Assembly: GCF_001194135.2 (NCBI RefSeq)
Contig: NC_068986.1
Location: 63,303,335-63,356,944, forward strand
Direction of reading: 5' to 3'
Source of the DNA: Octopus bimaculoides
Taxonomy: Eukaryota
Length of the DNA: 53,610 nt
The notes beneath the pieces were generated by a model. That model did no database searches, was not told the origin of the DNA, and saw only the letters and a list, made by a program, of their open reading frames with translations. The position numbers were made by a program, and so were the translations under genes. The stretch's first letter is position 1. Each line of letters opens with the position of its first letter. Positions 11,788 to 22,365 of this stretch are shown piece by piece.

Positions 11788-12069
11788 CTACACCTTAGCC
11801 CTTTCATGGCGTCTGATGTGGCTTTTTAAACCAGACAGTGTTTTGAAAAAACACCCACACAGATTGCACCTCTGATTTGCACTACCAATACCTGCAAGTA
11901 AGTTCTGCTCATTGTGGATCCTAACATGTCTTTTAAGACCCCCATTGGATTTGCAAACCCTCTGGCACACACCACATTCAAACGTGTGCACAGACATATA
12001 ATCAGAATAGCTGGGTGAGGTTTGTTTTCCATGGGTTCGCAGGTGAGATTTGAGGCCAGCCAAGGACAG
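11788..12069 (-). other. ORF end with three tandem C2H2 zinc fingers (first truncated by gap); probably the C-terminus of a non-LTR retrotransposon ORF
   Basis: ...GLKSHLRTH, CGVCQRVCKSNGGLKRHVRIH, CNLCGCFFKTLSGLKSHIRRH, then stop. No TGEKP linkers. Confidence 0.55.
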
Positions 12070-12443
12070 NNNNNNNNNNNNNNNNNNNNNNNNNNNNNNN
12101 NNNNNNNNNNNNNNNNNNNNNNNNNNNNNNNNNNNNNNNNNNNNNNNNNNNNNNNNNNNNNNNNNNNNNNNNNNNNNNNNNNNNNNNNNNNNNNNNNNNN
12201 NNNNNNNNNNNNNNNNNNNNNNNNNNNNNNNNNNNNNNNNNNNNNNNNNNNNNNNNNNNNNNNNNNNNNNNNNNNNNNNNNNNNNNNNNNNNNNNNNNNN
12301 NNNNNNNNNNNNNNNNNNNNNNNNNNNNNNNNNNNNNNNNNNNNNNNNNNNNNNNNNNNNNNNNNNNNNNNNNNNNNNNNNNNNNNNNNNNNNNNNNNNN
12401 NNNNNNNNNNNNNNNNNNNNNNNNNNNNNNNNNNNNNNNNNNN
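12070..12443. other. Assembly gap (N run)
   Basis: Run of N. Confidence 1.
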
Positions 12444-12480
<37 letters not shown>

Positions 12481-13329
12481 TGTGTGTGTGTGTGTGTGTA
12501 CCAATGAAAAGAAGAAGACAAAAAAAAACTCTTTAACACTCCTTTAATTATAAGTTACAAATGTTTCCTTACCATCTCCATTTACAGCGCAAGTTTATGC
12601 AAAATTTCTAAAAGAAAAATCACGTAATATTTGCAGTCTTAGGCATTGGAGAGGCACTTCCTCAGACTTGCATCAAAGGCATGCCATTACATGGTGCGTC
12701 TGTCAGACATTGTTAGGAAAGTATCAGAAAAAAAGAAAAAAGAAAAAATTAAAGTGTGTATGTGGGATGATATGTGTGTGTGCGTGTATGCATAGAAGCA
12801 CACAAGTATATGTGTGTCTGTATTTATACATGTGTCTTACTAGTATTTACTGTTTTTATTCTTTAAATATAACCCATCTACCTCTTCAACACTTACATAT
12901 GAAACAGCATCTGTCTGTTTGTCTGTGTCTGTGTGTTTGATGGAAGGATAACAATCACCAACCACTCGTCCAAACATATTACCAGCAGACAGCAGTTACT
13001 ATTGTAGTATATCTCTTTCTCACTTTCTTGTATTCTTTCCCTTTTCTCTCCCTCCTCTTTCTTTCTTTCTTTCTTCATTTTTTAACAGCACCTCTGGCTT
13101 GGTTTATTAAAAGTAGTTGCCAAACCTTCCTGGAAACATTCTCTACTGTCTTAAAAGAAAGTGCACACTGGACAATGTAGTCCCTTATATGCAGAATGGT
13201 GGAATATTCATAGCTGTTTCATCAGTGTTGACCTCAGCTAAACATCAATCTATCTCTTTTACTTCTTTACTCTATTTTCGTCTCTCTTCCATTTTTTCTT
13301 TTCTTCTCTTTTCACTCTAATGTTTTGAT

Positions 13330-13640
13330 ACATTCTACAGACTGTTACATCAGGATGTTTTGAGAAAATCACAGACATACCAAACGCCCACACACATACA
13401 CTCACAGACATACAAATACATACACACATATACATGCAGAAACATGTAAACATGTGTATATACAGCACAATACATGCAAACACATACACAAGCAAATACA
13501 CATGAATGTACATGTATGCAAACGTATGTACATACACACACATGCACACACACACACATAAGCCAGAACTCTTGCAAACAGTGTTTTTGTGTGCACACAT
13601 GTGCATGTGTGTGTGTGCTTGCAAATGTGCAAGTTCAAAA
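13330..13640. repeat. Degenerate (CA/TA)n-(TG)n low-complexity tract
   Basis: Visible dinucleotide periodicity; it generates spurious Cys/Val/Tyr- and His/Thr-rich ORFs. Confidence 0.85.
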
Positions 13641-13920
13641 CAAATGATTAAATACAAAGGTCTAGAAGAGGGAGGCTGTTATATGCCAATTGCCAAGCCA
13701 GATACTACTTTGGGTTCACTTCCCTGTAGTTTAATTTCACTTAGGTCACTAACAGGTTGTTGCTGTTGTTGTTGATAGTGTAGTTGTTGTTTAGCCACAG
13801 ATTAGCTCTGATTGAGTTATCATCAAATGCATCCCATTCATGATTGCTTGTCATATTCAGGCGTAGTGTTTTGTTTAACCAGGACTACTTATGTATTTCT
13901 CTTCCTTTTCAGTTCTTTAA

Positions 13921-14119
13921 CCCTTTAGCATTCAGATTACTCTGTCAAAAGTAATGCATATTTATTCACATTGTCTCAAAGCTCCAAGATTATGATGATG
14001 TAATTCTTTATTTTTGGATTAAAAATTGTAGGGTAGGTGTGAGGGGCAGGATCTGGCCAGTTTGAACATAAAACAAGTAGAATATTTGGGCTGGATATCA
14101 TCGGTTTAAAATAAAAGGG
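13921..14119. mobile_element. piggyBac-type MITE (CCCTTTAGCATT family)
   Basis: TTAA|CCCTTTAGCATT ... AAAAGGG|TTCA; related to 15376-15593 and 26609-26788. Confidence 0.7.
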
Positions 14120-14474
14120 TTCATTATTTGTGTATTTGCAAGATGAGATGTAAATGAGATTTGACTGTCATGTCTAACATGTTGAGTGACCATGTATAAA
14201 AGTCCCTTATTGCCTCATCACTAGCATGTTGGTAAGATGGTTGATACTTCTCATCTGCAATGTTTTCTTCACATTCTGGCATAACACTATAGTATAAACA
14301 AAAAAAGAAGCACCAAGACAGGTTGCTTCAGTGGATCTATGGAAAGGTTTTAGGATGCTGAGAATGCAGCAAAAGGAAATGCAAAATATTTGATGATGAG
14401 CCTATATGCTAATTAAGGTAGCAATGATGATGGTGATTTCAAACATTTTAAAATTTAATAATTATTATTATAAT

Positions 14475-16260
14475 GACCTTAGAAAAGTGAAAAGGGGATA
14501 TGTGTTAGATGATATTAAGATCACTCATCTGCCATTCATGAATGATTTAAAGCTATTTGCAAAAGATGAGGACAAAATTGACAGCTTAACATCTAATATA
14601 AACCTGATTAGTCAGGATATTGGGATGGTGTTTGGGATCATAAAATGTGGCCTTGTAACCCTGAAATGTGGAAAACTAACAAACAGTAGAGGGATTGAAC
14701 TTACAAATAGCCAGATTATTAAAGAAGTGGGAGAGGAAGAATTCAAGTATTTGGGAGTCTTTGAATTGGATAAGATCAAAGAGAAAGAAATGAAGATGTT
14801 CAAAAAAGAATATCTCAGGCGAGTGAGACTTGTAATGTTGTTTAATTTGAATGAAGAGAATAAGATCAAAGCAACAAATACATGGACTGTGTCCCTTATG
14901 TGCTTTGAAGCAAGTGTAATTAAATGGAGGAATGACGAATTAGAAAGCATTGATAGGAAAACTAGAAAACTGATGACAGTGCATAAAGAACACCATCTTA
15001 GGAGTGATTTTGCAAGACTTTATGTTGGGGTAAAAAAAGGTGGGCAAGGACTAATAAATTGTGAAAATTGTGTCAAAAGTGAAGAAAACAAGTTAGCTTG
15101 GCATCTTAAGAAAGTAAAGGATAACATTATGTCAAAAATAAGAGACCTCAATACACTGAAATTTGCTGATGTAGTAACACTGAATAACTGCAAGAAGTGA
15201 GTGAACCTGAAAAGGAATAGAAGGACAAACTTATACACAGGCAGTACACTAAAGATAAAGTGGGCATTGATTGGAATAGGATTTGGATGTAGCTTAGAAA
15301 TAGTGATCTGAAAGGATACACTGAACCTCTGGTATGCTGTGCCCAGGAGTCAGCTCTTCAAACTAACTACATTAACCCTATAGCATTTGAACTAGCCATA
15401 TCCAACCAAAATATTCTACCTGTTTTGTGTTTAAACTGGCCAGATCTGGCCTCTCACACCAATTCTGCAATATCATTCTAAAAATTAAGCTACCTCACCA
15501 AAATCTCATAGCAAAAAAAAAATAATGCATGATTAATTCGGAACAATGTGAGTAAATAAACATATTCGATAGAATAATGTGAATGCTAAAGAGTTAAACA
15601 TGTTGACAAAATGAAATAATCATCATTATGTAGAATGGTTAGCCATCTTGTAAGCGACTGTGCTATGTTGCCACAGCGAGAGTACAAAAGACGTCATGAT
15701 AATGTTGCCAGATATATCCACGGGGTGATATCTGAGAAATGTAGTTTTGTAAGAGCAGCTAAACATTATGAGCAGAAACCAGGAGGGGTGTTAGTGTATG
15801 ACAAATTTAAGATTTTGTGAGACTTCACCATTCAATGGGATAAAGGGATTGAGGCAAGGATGCCAGACATTGTAATTGTCAATAAGGAAGAAAAAGAGGT
15901 CCGAATTATCAATATCTCTATCCCAGAAGATAACAGAAGGAAAGATAAAGAGTGTAAAAAGGTGGAGAAGTATTGAACCACTGAAGGAGGAAATTGAAAA
16001 GTTATTGGGGATGAAGATGGTTTTAGTGATTCCAGTGGTGATCAGAGCCTGGACTGGGTAAATATAAATTGAATTGATACATGGTTATAGGTCATGCAGA
16101 AGACAGCACTTCTTGGTACAGCAAGGATTTTAAGGAAAGTCTTGTCTGTGTAAGGTAAAAGAGAGGAAGCTGTATGGGACCTTTGTCAACAGTTGACTGC
16201 TCCCTAACTGAAGTGCCTGGACTGTTTAACGTCTAAGTGTCTGAGATTTACAAAAATGAA
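14475..16260 (+). mobile_element. 5'-truncated R4/Dong-like non-LTR retrotransposon (RT C-terminus, CCHC finger, restriction-like endonuclease), decayed
   Basis: HLPFMNDLKLFAK (RT YMDD box), FKYLG, KKGGQGL, AQESALQTNYIK, HLVSDC...YKRRHDNVARYIH, RMPDIVIVNK, MQKTALLGTARILRKVLSV* ending at 16153. Confidence 0.75.
15376..15593. mobile_element. piggyBac-type MITE inserted in the R4/Dong-like element
   Basis: TTAA|CCCTATAGCATT ... AATGCTAAAGAG|TTAA. Removing it restores ...TNYIK-H-V in the host reading frame. Confidence 0.8.
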
Positions 16261-16279
16261 ACATGGTAATAATATTTCT

Positions 16280-16890
16280 AGCATAGACACGAGGCCTGAA
16301 TTTTGAAAGAATGGTTTAATTGATACCACCAACTTAAGTTCTTAACTGATACTTTATTTTATTGACCCTGAAAGAATGAAAGGCAAAGTCCACCTTGGTG
16401 GGATTTGAACTCATGATGTAAATAAAAAGCTGGAACATATATCACTAGCAATTTTTTTCCAATGCTCTAATGATTCTGCCTGCTCATTGCCTCAAATATT
16501 GGCTACTGATTTAAAAACAAAGCCAGCAATTTTGAGAGGAAGGCTCCACTTCATACCCTCAAACCCAGTATCTTAATTTATTGACGTCGAAAGGATGAAT
16601 GCAAAGCTGATTTTGGTAGAATTTGAACTCAACCAAAGCATATATCACAAGGTATGTCTGCCACTCTCAAAATTCTGCCAGTCTACCATGCACATAATGA
16701 TAATTATTTCTAATAGAAACACAAGATTAGAAATTTGTGGTAAAGGAGTTAATTGGTTTTATCGATCCCAGTACATTATTTTATAGAACCCTGGAAGGGT
16801 GAAAGGTAAAATTAATTTTGGCTGTATTTGAATTTGAAATGTAAAGAACCAAGGCATGTTGTTTTGCACTCTAGTGGTTCTGCCGGAATA
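16280..16890 (-). mobile_element. Three consecutive decayed copies of a tRNA-derived SINE
   Basis: Repeated ...ATTGACCC(T)GAAAG(A/G)ATGAA(A)GGCAAAGT...GAATTTGAACTC motif at ~16340, ~16580 and ~16790. The same core occurs at ~5880, ~18750, ~24850 and ~45800. The core resembles the MetaSINE-type central domain (from memory). Confidence 0.6.
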
Positions 16891-18297
16891 GTAGTAATAA
16901 CCATATCATAAAAACTATGTAGAATAGAATAAATGTAACATCCCAACTCCCTCTCAATATTAATTCAAGGCCTCTCTCTTTCTCTTTCCTTCTCTCTTTC
17001 ATCCTCTTCACTTCATTTCCGGAAGGAGGGAAATATTGCCTGGCTCAGTCACTCAGCTATTCCCTTGCAGATCAATTAGCAGACCTTTACACATCTCTTT
17101 CTACTTCTCCCAGCTAACACATCACCTTTTGCTGCTTTTCCACCATATTGCATGCACTGTGATTATCTTCTTGGGATGACGAAAGAAGTCTGTAACAGAT
17201 TGGGAGTTGAATGGTGTAGGGGTGTTACAGGCTCAGGTATCTAGATAACTATATTAATACCAGGAAATACTTAAATCATTGAGATCACTTGGCTTTTATT
17301 TTGTATTTATTTTTGTTTTGTTTATTGATCATATCTTATGTGTGTGTATATGGATGTATATTTGTGTGTGTGTGTGTGTGTCTTTATCCCTATTTCTCTT
17401 TACTGCTTCATATGATGGCATTTATTATCAAATAACAGCTGGTGATGTTTCTGGTTATGAAAACACAGTATTACTCCCACTGTATTATCTTCAAAACATG
17501 TGTGTGTGGATCTAATTTGTCAGGAAGTCTTCAGATTATTTCAGTTCCTTCTCTTGATTCTTATTCCTGTTTATAATATTTATTTACTTTAATTTGAGTT
17601 TTTCAGTAAAAATAAATAATAAAAACAACAAACTCCTAACTAATGTTTATTTTACTTCTTTATTATTTTTTGCATTGACACTAAAGACTTAATTCAAGGA
17701 TGTATTCGTGTAATTAGGATAACTGTTTGTCTGTAGACATGATGTGTATAGGAAACATTTTAGAGTACTAGAACTGTATGTTTTATATGAATGAAACGTG
17801 ATAGTACTTGTATTGGATGGTACATGATGCATGTGAAATGTAACTGATGTTGATTGGCAGTTTATGATTAACTGATGGTGTCTGGTAGTTCATACTAACT
17901 ATGAAAGTGGTGCCTAGTGGTTTGTTCTGAGAAAATATGAAAGCTAACTTGATCATATCTGGTCATTCTTGATGATCATGAATGCTAACCCATAGTGCCC
18001 AGGGGTTTACACTGACTTTGAAGCTTAACAAGGTGATGCCTGGCAATATATGCTGACTGTGACTGGTGCCTAGAAGTACATGTTGTATATAAAGGGTATA
18101 TCATCATACTGGGAAGTATATACTACATATGAAGACCAGCTCTTAATATATAAAAATACCTAAAAATACTTGCTACAATAATTGTTGTTGTGATGCTGAT
18201 GCAGATTATGGTAACTTGACCTCTTTGCTAAATGGAAGTAAATGACATGGGGTGAGTAGTTTAGTTAGGTTCTGACTAAAACTGAAGCTGTTATAAC

Positions 18298-18623
18298 AGA
18301 GCTTCTCAAACAGTTTGCCCCCCCCCCCTAGCCACATAACACCCTCAGCACCCCCACCCCTATTTTTATGTATAAATAAATATTTCATATTTTACTAATT
18401 TATGTATACTATGAATCATTTGATATTTAATATAATATATAATTTGTATACAATACTATAATAATATTATAATAAATTCATAGTGACCCCCAATCCACTG
18501 CCTTCCTCCTAATGCCTCTTTTTTCTCTATCGTCCCCACCGCCTCCTTAGGCACCAGCACCCACCTGGACTATCTCAATGCCCACCGGCAGGTGTTGGGG
18601 TAGTGCCCACTTTGAGAACCTAT
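18298..18623. mobile_element. hAT (Charlie-like) MITE
   Basis: Ends (C)AGAGCTTCTCAAA / TTTGAGAACCTAT(G). Palindromic 8-bp direct repeat GTTATAAC at 18290-97 and 18624-31. Confidence 0.55.
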
Positions 18624-19002
18624 GTTATAACAGAGGAGATAGGTAGATAATATTGTTCTAGTATTGATTTCTAAAATTGGCAAGTGATCACAAATTTTTG
18701 GAGAGAGAATACTAGATTAAATTAACCATAGTACTTGACTTCTATTTTATTTTATTAACCCTGTAAAGATAGAAAGTGAAGTTGACCTCAACCGCATTGG
18801 ACTTAGAATGATCAGGGCAATAACTAAATACCAAAAGACATTTTGTATGACAGTCTAACAATTCTGCTAATCCACCTGCAATGGAACACAGGAAGCCTTT
18901 GGAAAGAGAGAGATAATATGCTGCTATAGTTGAATGTGAACAAGACAGTTTATTTAAAAAACAAAATAAGAAAAACAGACTTCATTCATATTCATTATCA
19001 TC

Positions 19003-19340
19003 ATCAACATTCAATGTTTGTTTTCTATGCTGGCATGGGGTGGATGGCTTGACAGGAACTGGCAAGGCCAGGGGCCACATCAGGTCCCATAGTCTGTTTT
19101 TGCTTGGTTTCTACAGGTGGATGCTCTTCCTAATGCCAACCACTTCACAGAGTGTACTGGCTGCTTTTTACATGGCACCATCACCAGTTTATTATTATGT
19201 GACAACACTAGTGCTTTTTACATGGCACCAGCATCCACACCAATGCTTTTTATGTGGCACCTTGGTTTTAGAATTTCAATTCTGTTGTAGTGGGCAGGTC
19301 TTCTCAAGTACAATAGTGCACCACATATCTCGGTCCTCCA
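19003..19340 (-). mobile_element. Decayed 3' UTR of RTE-type LINE
   Basis: (CAT)n followed by degenerate TTTTCTATGCTGGCATGGG...GGATGCTCTTCCTAATGCCAACCAC, homologous to 7700-7843. Confidence 0.65.
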
Positions 19341-20291
19341 TCATCTCCTTGGATTAATTCTCAGTATGTTAGGTAAATGAACTTGGTACTTTAGGGTTGA
19401 CAAGTATGACTTTAGAAATGACTAAAACAAGAATTATACTTTTAGTATATTTCAAAACTGTTAATTCATAAGATGTGAAATCATTAACAAATTACAAATA
19501 ATTTTCTTAGGAAACTGAGTAATATTTGGACTTTGGTCATTAAAATGTGATTAAATTTGTTTGTGTGTGTGTGTGTGTACACATGTATATACTTATAATT
19601 GCTTGATTGTTTATGATCTATAGATATTGTGTGTGTGAATACATATTTGTTTTATGAAGATATAATTTTGTTTATATATGACAATGGTATATATTGATAT
19701 AGATACAGGTGTATTTTTTATATATAGGTTTACATAGCTCATATATGCATGCATATATTAGTATATATCCAAGGTACTTACTAATTGAACTACAGTTTTG
19801 TTCATTCAACTTTTTGATTGACTCTACATAGCAATGAATTGAGAAGAAAATTTTGAAGGAAACTAAGGTTCAGATAACATACTATCCTGTTTCTATATGA
19901 ATAAACATGTATTAGGCTCTACGTACTTCTAACACAACTGTTGTGTGTTGTAAGAGGCACCTAAAAGGTTGGCTTCAGGAAAGGTATTCCACTGAAAAAC
20001 GTTGCCTATTAAAATCCTGCCTAACTCATACCAGCATGGAAAAGCAGATACAAAAATAATGATGGCATATATATTAGATGGCATATATGCATCTACTAAT
20101 TATAATCTAAGTATTGCCATTATATACATGGTAACTTGACCTGTATATACAGTAACCAAATATACACGTCATTAAATGTATGTTGTTACTATACTAAAAA
20201 CCATGTTTTAATTAAGTGTTTTAACATGTTGTATGTCACTTGGAAAATTAAAAAAAAAAAGAAACTTATAAAAGCTCAAATTTTTTTTTAA

Positions 20292-20513
20292 CCCTTTTGA
20301 CACCAACTCAGCTGAAACTGCCTCTGGCTCTGTAGTACAAATGTCTTGTTTTCATAAGTTTTGAATTAAAATCTTTCACCAAACCTTAGTCACAGTTTAT
20401 GTTCCTAACACTAACTTAACAATAACTAAGTTATTTTACTAAATTCTTTGTTATATTTAAAATTAATTGAAAGAAACACAAAGCATCTCAAAATAAATAC
20501 AGTAATAAAAGGG
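20292..20513. mobile_element. piggyBac-type MITE (second family)
   Basis: TTAA|CCCTTTT ... AAAAGGG|TTAA. Confidence 0.65.
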
Positions 20514-20595
20514 TTAATGTAAAAATATTTCTGTATATTAATATTTGTTGCAATACATTTGTAAATTCTACAATATGTTGATATTTTAATTACAG

Positions 20596-20869
20596 ATGTT
20601 GCCATGTCCTGGGCAGTATGTTAAAGCAATCTACGACTTTGAGAGTAACTACCCAAGTGAATTGAACCTACGGAAAGGTGATATCATCTTAGTGACAACT
20701 GTGGTGAATGAGAATTGGCTATGTGGCGAACTACGAGGTCAGCAGGGCAACTTTCCTGTCAGTTTTGTCTCCCAACTTGTTCTACCGTCTATTCGAAAGG
20801 GTCAAAAAATATTTGCTGCCACAGAAAAGTTCTTTGCACAAGAGAAAGGGGATTTGGACTTTTGTCGAG
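20596..20869 (+). CDS. DNMBP: DNMBP/Tuba-like scaffold protein, first coding exon (SH3-1 and first half of SH3-2)
   Basis: Acceptor TACAG|ATG; donor CGAG|GTTTGT (phase 1). YVKAIYDF...GNFPVSFVSQLVLPSIRKGQKIFAATEKFFAQEKGDLDFCRG aligns from memory to the vertebrate DNMBP N-terminus (...IPSLKEGERLFVCICEFTSQELDNLPLHRG). No DH/BAR domain is visible, so orthology is unproven. Confidence 0.8.
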
Positions 20870-21161
20870 GTTTGTAACCAAAAGCAGTTATAATAATAAT
20901 AACTATTTGTTTGTGGAGGAAGTCAGTTTAAACATCATGATGTAAACTAAATGATGCCAAAAATTGTTAGGTTTTTTTTGTTTTTTTCTTACTACAAAAG
21001 CTAGCAAGAGAACTTTCTATATTTTTATATTACAGGTCTGTTTGACCTGCTTAGAAAAAAAACAATGTTAGAATGGTGAAGATACCAGCTACGTAAAGTT
21101 GAAACATCATGGAATTCTTTTTCTTTTTTTCTTTCTTTCATTCATTCATTTAAACTGGATA

Positions 21162-21487
21162 TTTTTTTTACAATCAAAAACACTTTATTTACTAATATAC
21201 ACTTAAAAAGAATGACAAAAAGAAGAGAAAAAAAATGGAGAAAAGTGGGGGGGGGGGGTTCAAAGCAGCATAAAAATGGAAGGGGAGGGGCAATGGGCCA
21301 CATACCCAGAAAAAGAGGGATGCTGAGCAGCGTTCCACAGAGAATGGTCAGCGACACTTGCTGCAGTAGCCACTCCACCTCACTCAGCTCATTTCTCTGA
21401 CCGGCTGCCTCTATCCCTATTTTGTTGAGGAAATTGATAGTATGGAGTCCTAGAATACCTAACATCTATCTAGATAGCAACCAGTAC
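21162..21487 (-). mobile_element. 3' end of a CRE-like restriction-endonuclease non-LTR element
   Basis: *MLGILGLHTINFLNKIG...WLLQQVSLTILCGT resembles the ETLG...FL..LG...WL.QR.S.A..RGN terminus of CRE-type elements. AATAAA plus A8 tail; near-repeat AAACTG(G)ATA on both flanks. Confidence 0.45.
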
Positions 21488-22365
21488 AAACTGATAGTGG
21501 CCAGACAGGTTCCTGTTCTTTTTGATTATTATCTCCTCCACATTGCAAGTGATGACACCAGGGTTTTCAGCAATGGATGAGGGACAAGCCAACAAGGGAG
21601 CCCATATTGGGTTGCTTAGCTTGCAAGAAACAGCAGTAAAATCTCTCTCAAATTACAGTCTATCATCTTCAGATATGAAGAATTCCTTAGATTATTTTTT
21701 TTCCCTATATATTTTATGGCTGAAAAATATAAGTAAATAAAATATGGGACGGTAACAGCTGGAATATCTCTGATCATGGTTTTGCTTGTTTGTAACAACT
21801 TGCTAAAAAACATTTTAAATAGTTTTTTTTTTTTAATTTCTACCAAGATTTGTTAGGATTTAACAAACATATATATATGCAGTTATTTAAAATGTAAATA
21901 CTAAGATAAATGATAAGAATTTAATGGAGAAGCTGCATTATTTATTTCATAATACTGTTTAATCTTGACTGCATTAATAGACAGAACTAAAAATTATAGC
22001 AAGGAAATGAATAATGCTATTTTGGATATTGTGGAATAAAATTGCTTGGAAGTCAGGATTCATTATGTGACTTTTATAAACATGAAATGGACAATTTTAT
22101 TTGGCTGATGGATCAATTTTTATTGCAATAGAAGATATATCCTCAATTTTTTTTTTTCGTTTTATATATTTTATTTTCCCTTTCAGATTTTGATGTAAGA
22201 GTTTCTTTGTTTGTGTATTCATGTAAAGCAATTTTTTTTTGTGACAAAATAAATTCTAAAATGTTCTATTCAATAGTAAATTTTAAATAAAAGATAGTTA
22301 AGTTTTATTAATATTCATTTATTGTGTATAATAATGGTAATAATTATTATTTTATCATGTTATAG

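Noticed and set aside
16975-17070. Possible DNMBP promoter or 5' exon (CT-rich tract with CCGGAAG)
   Set aside because: A single short motif, with no convincing donor or CpG enrichment.
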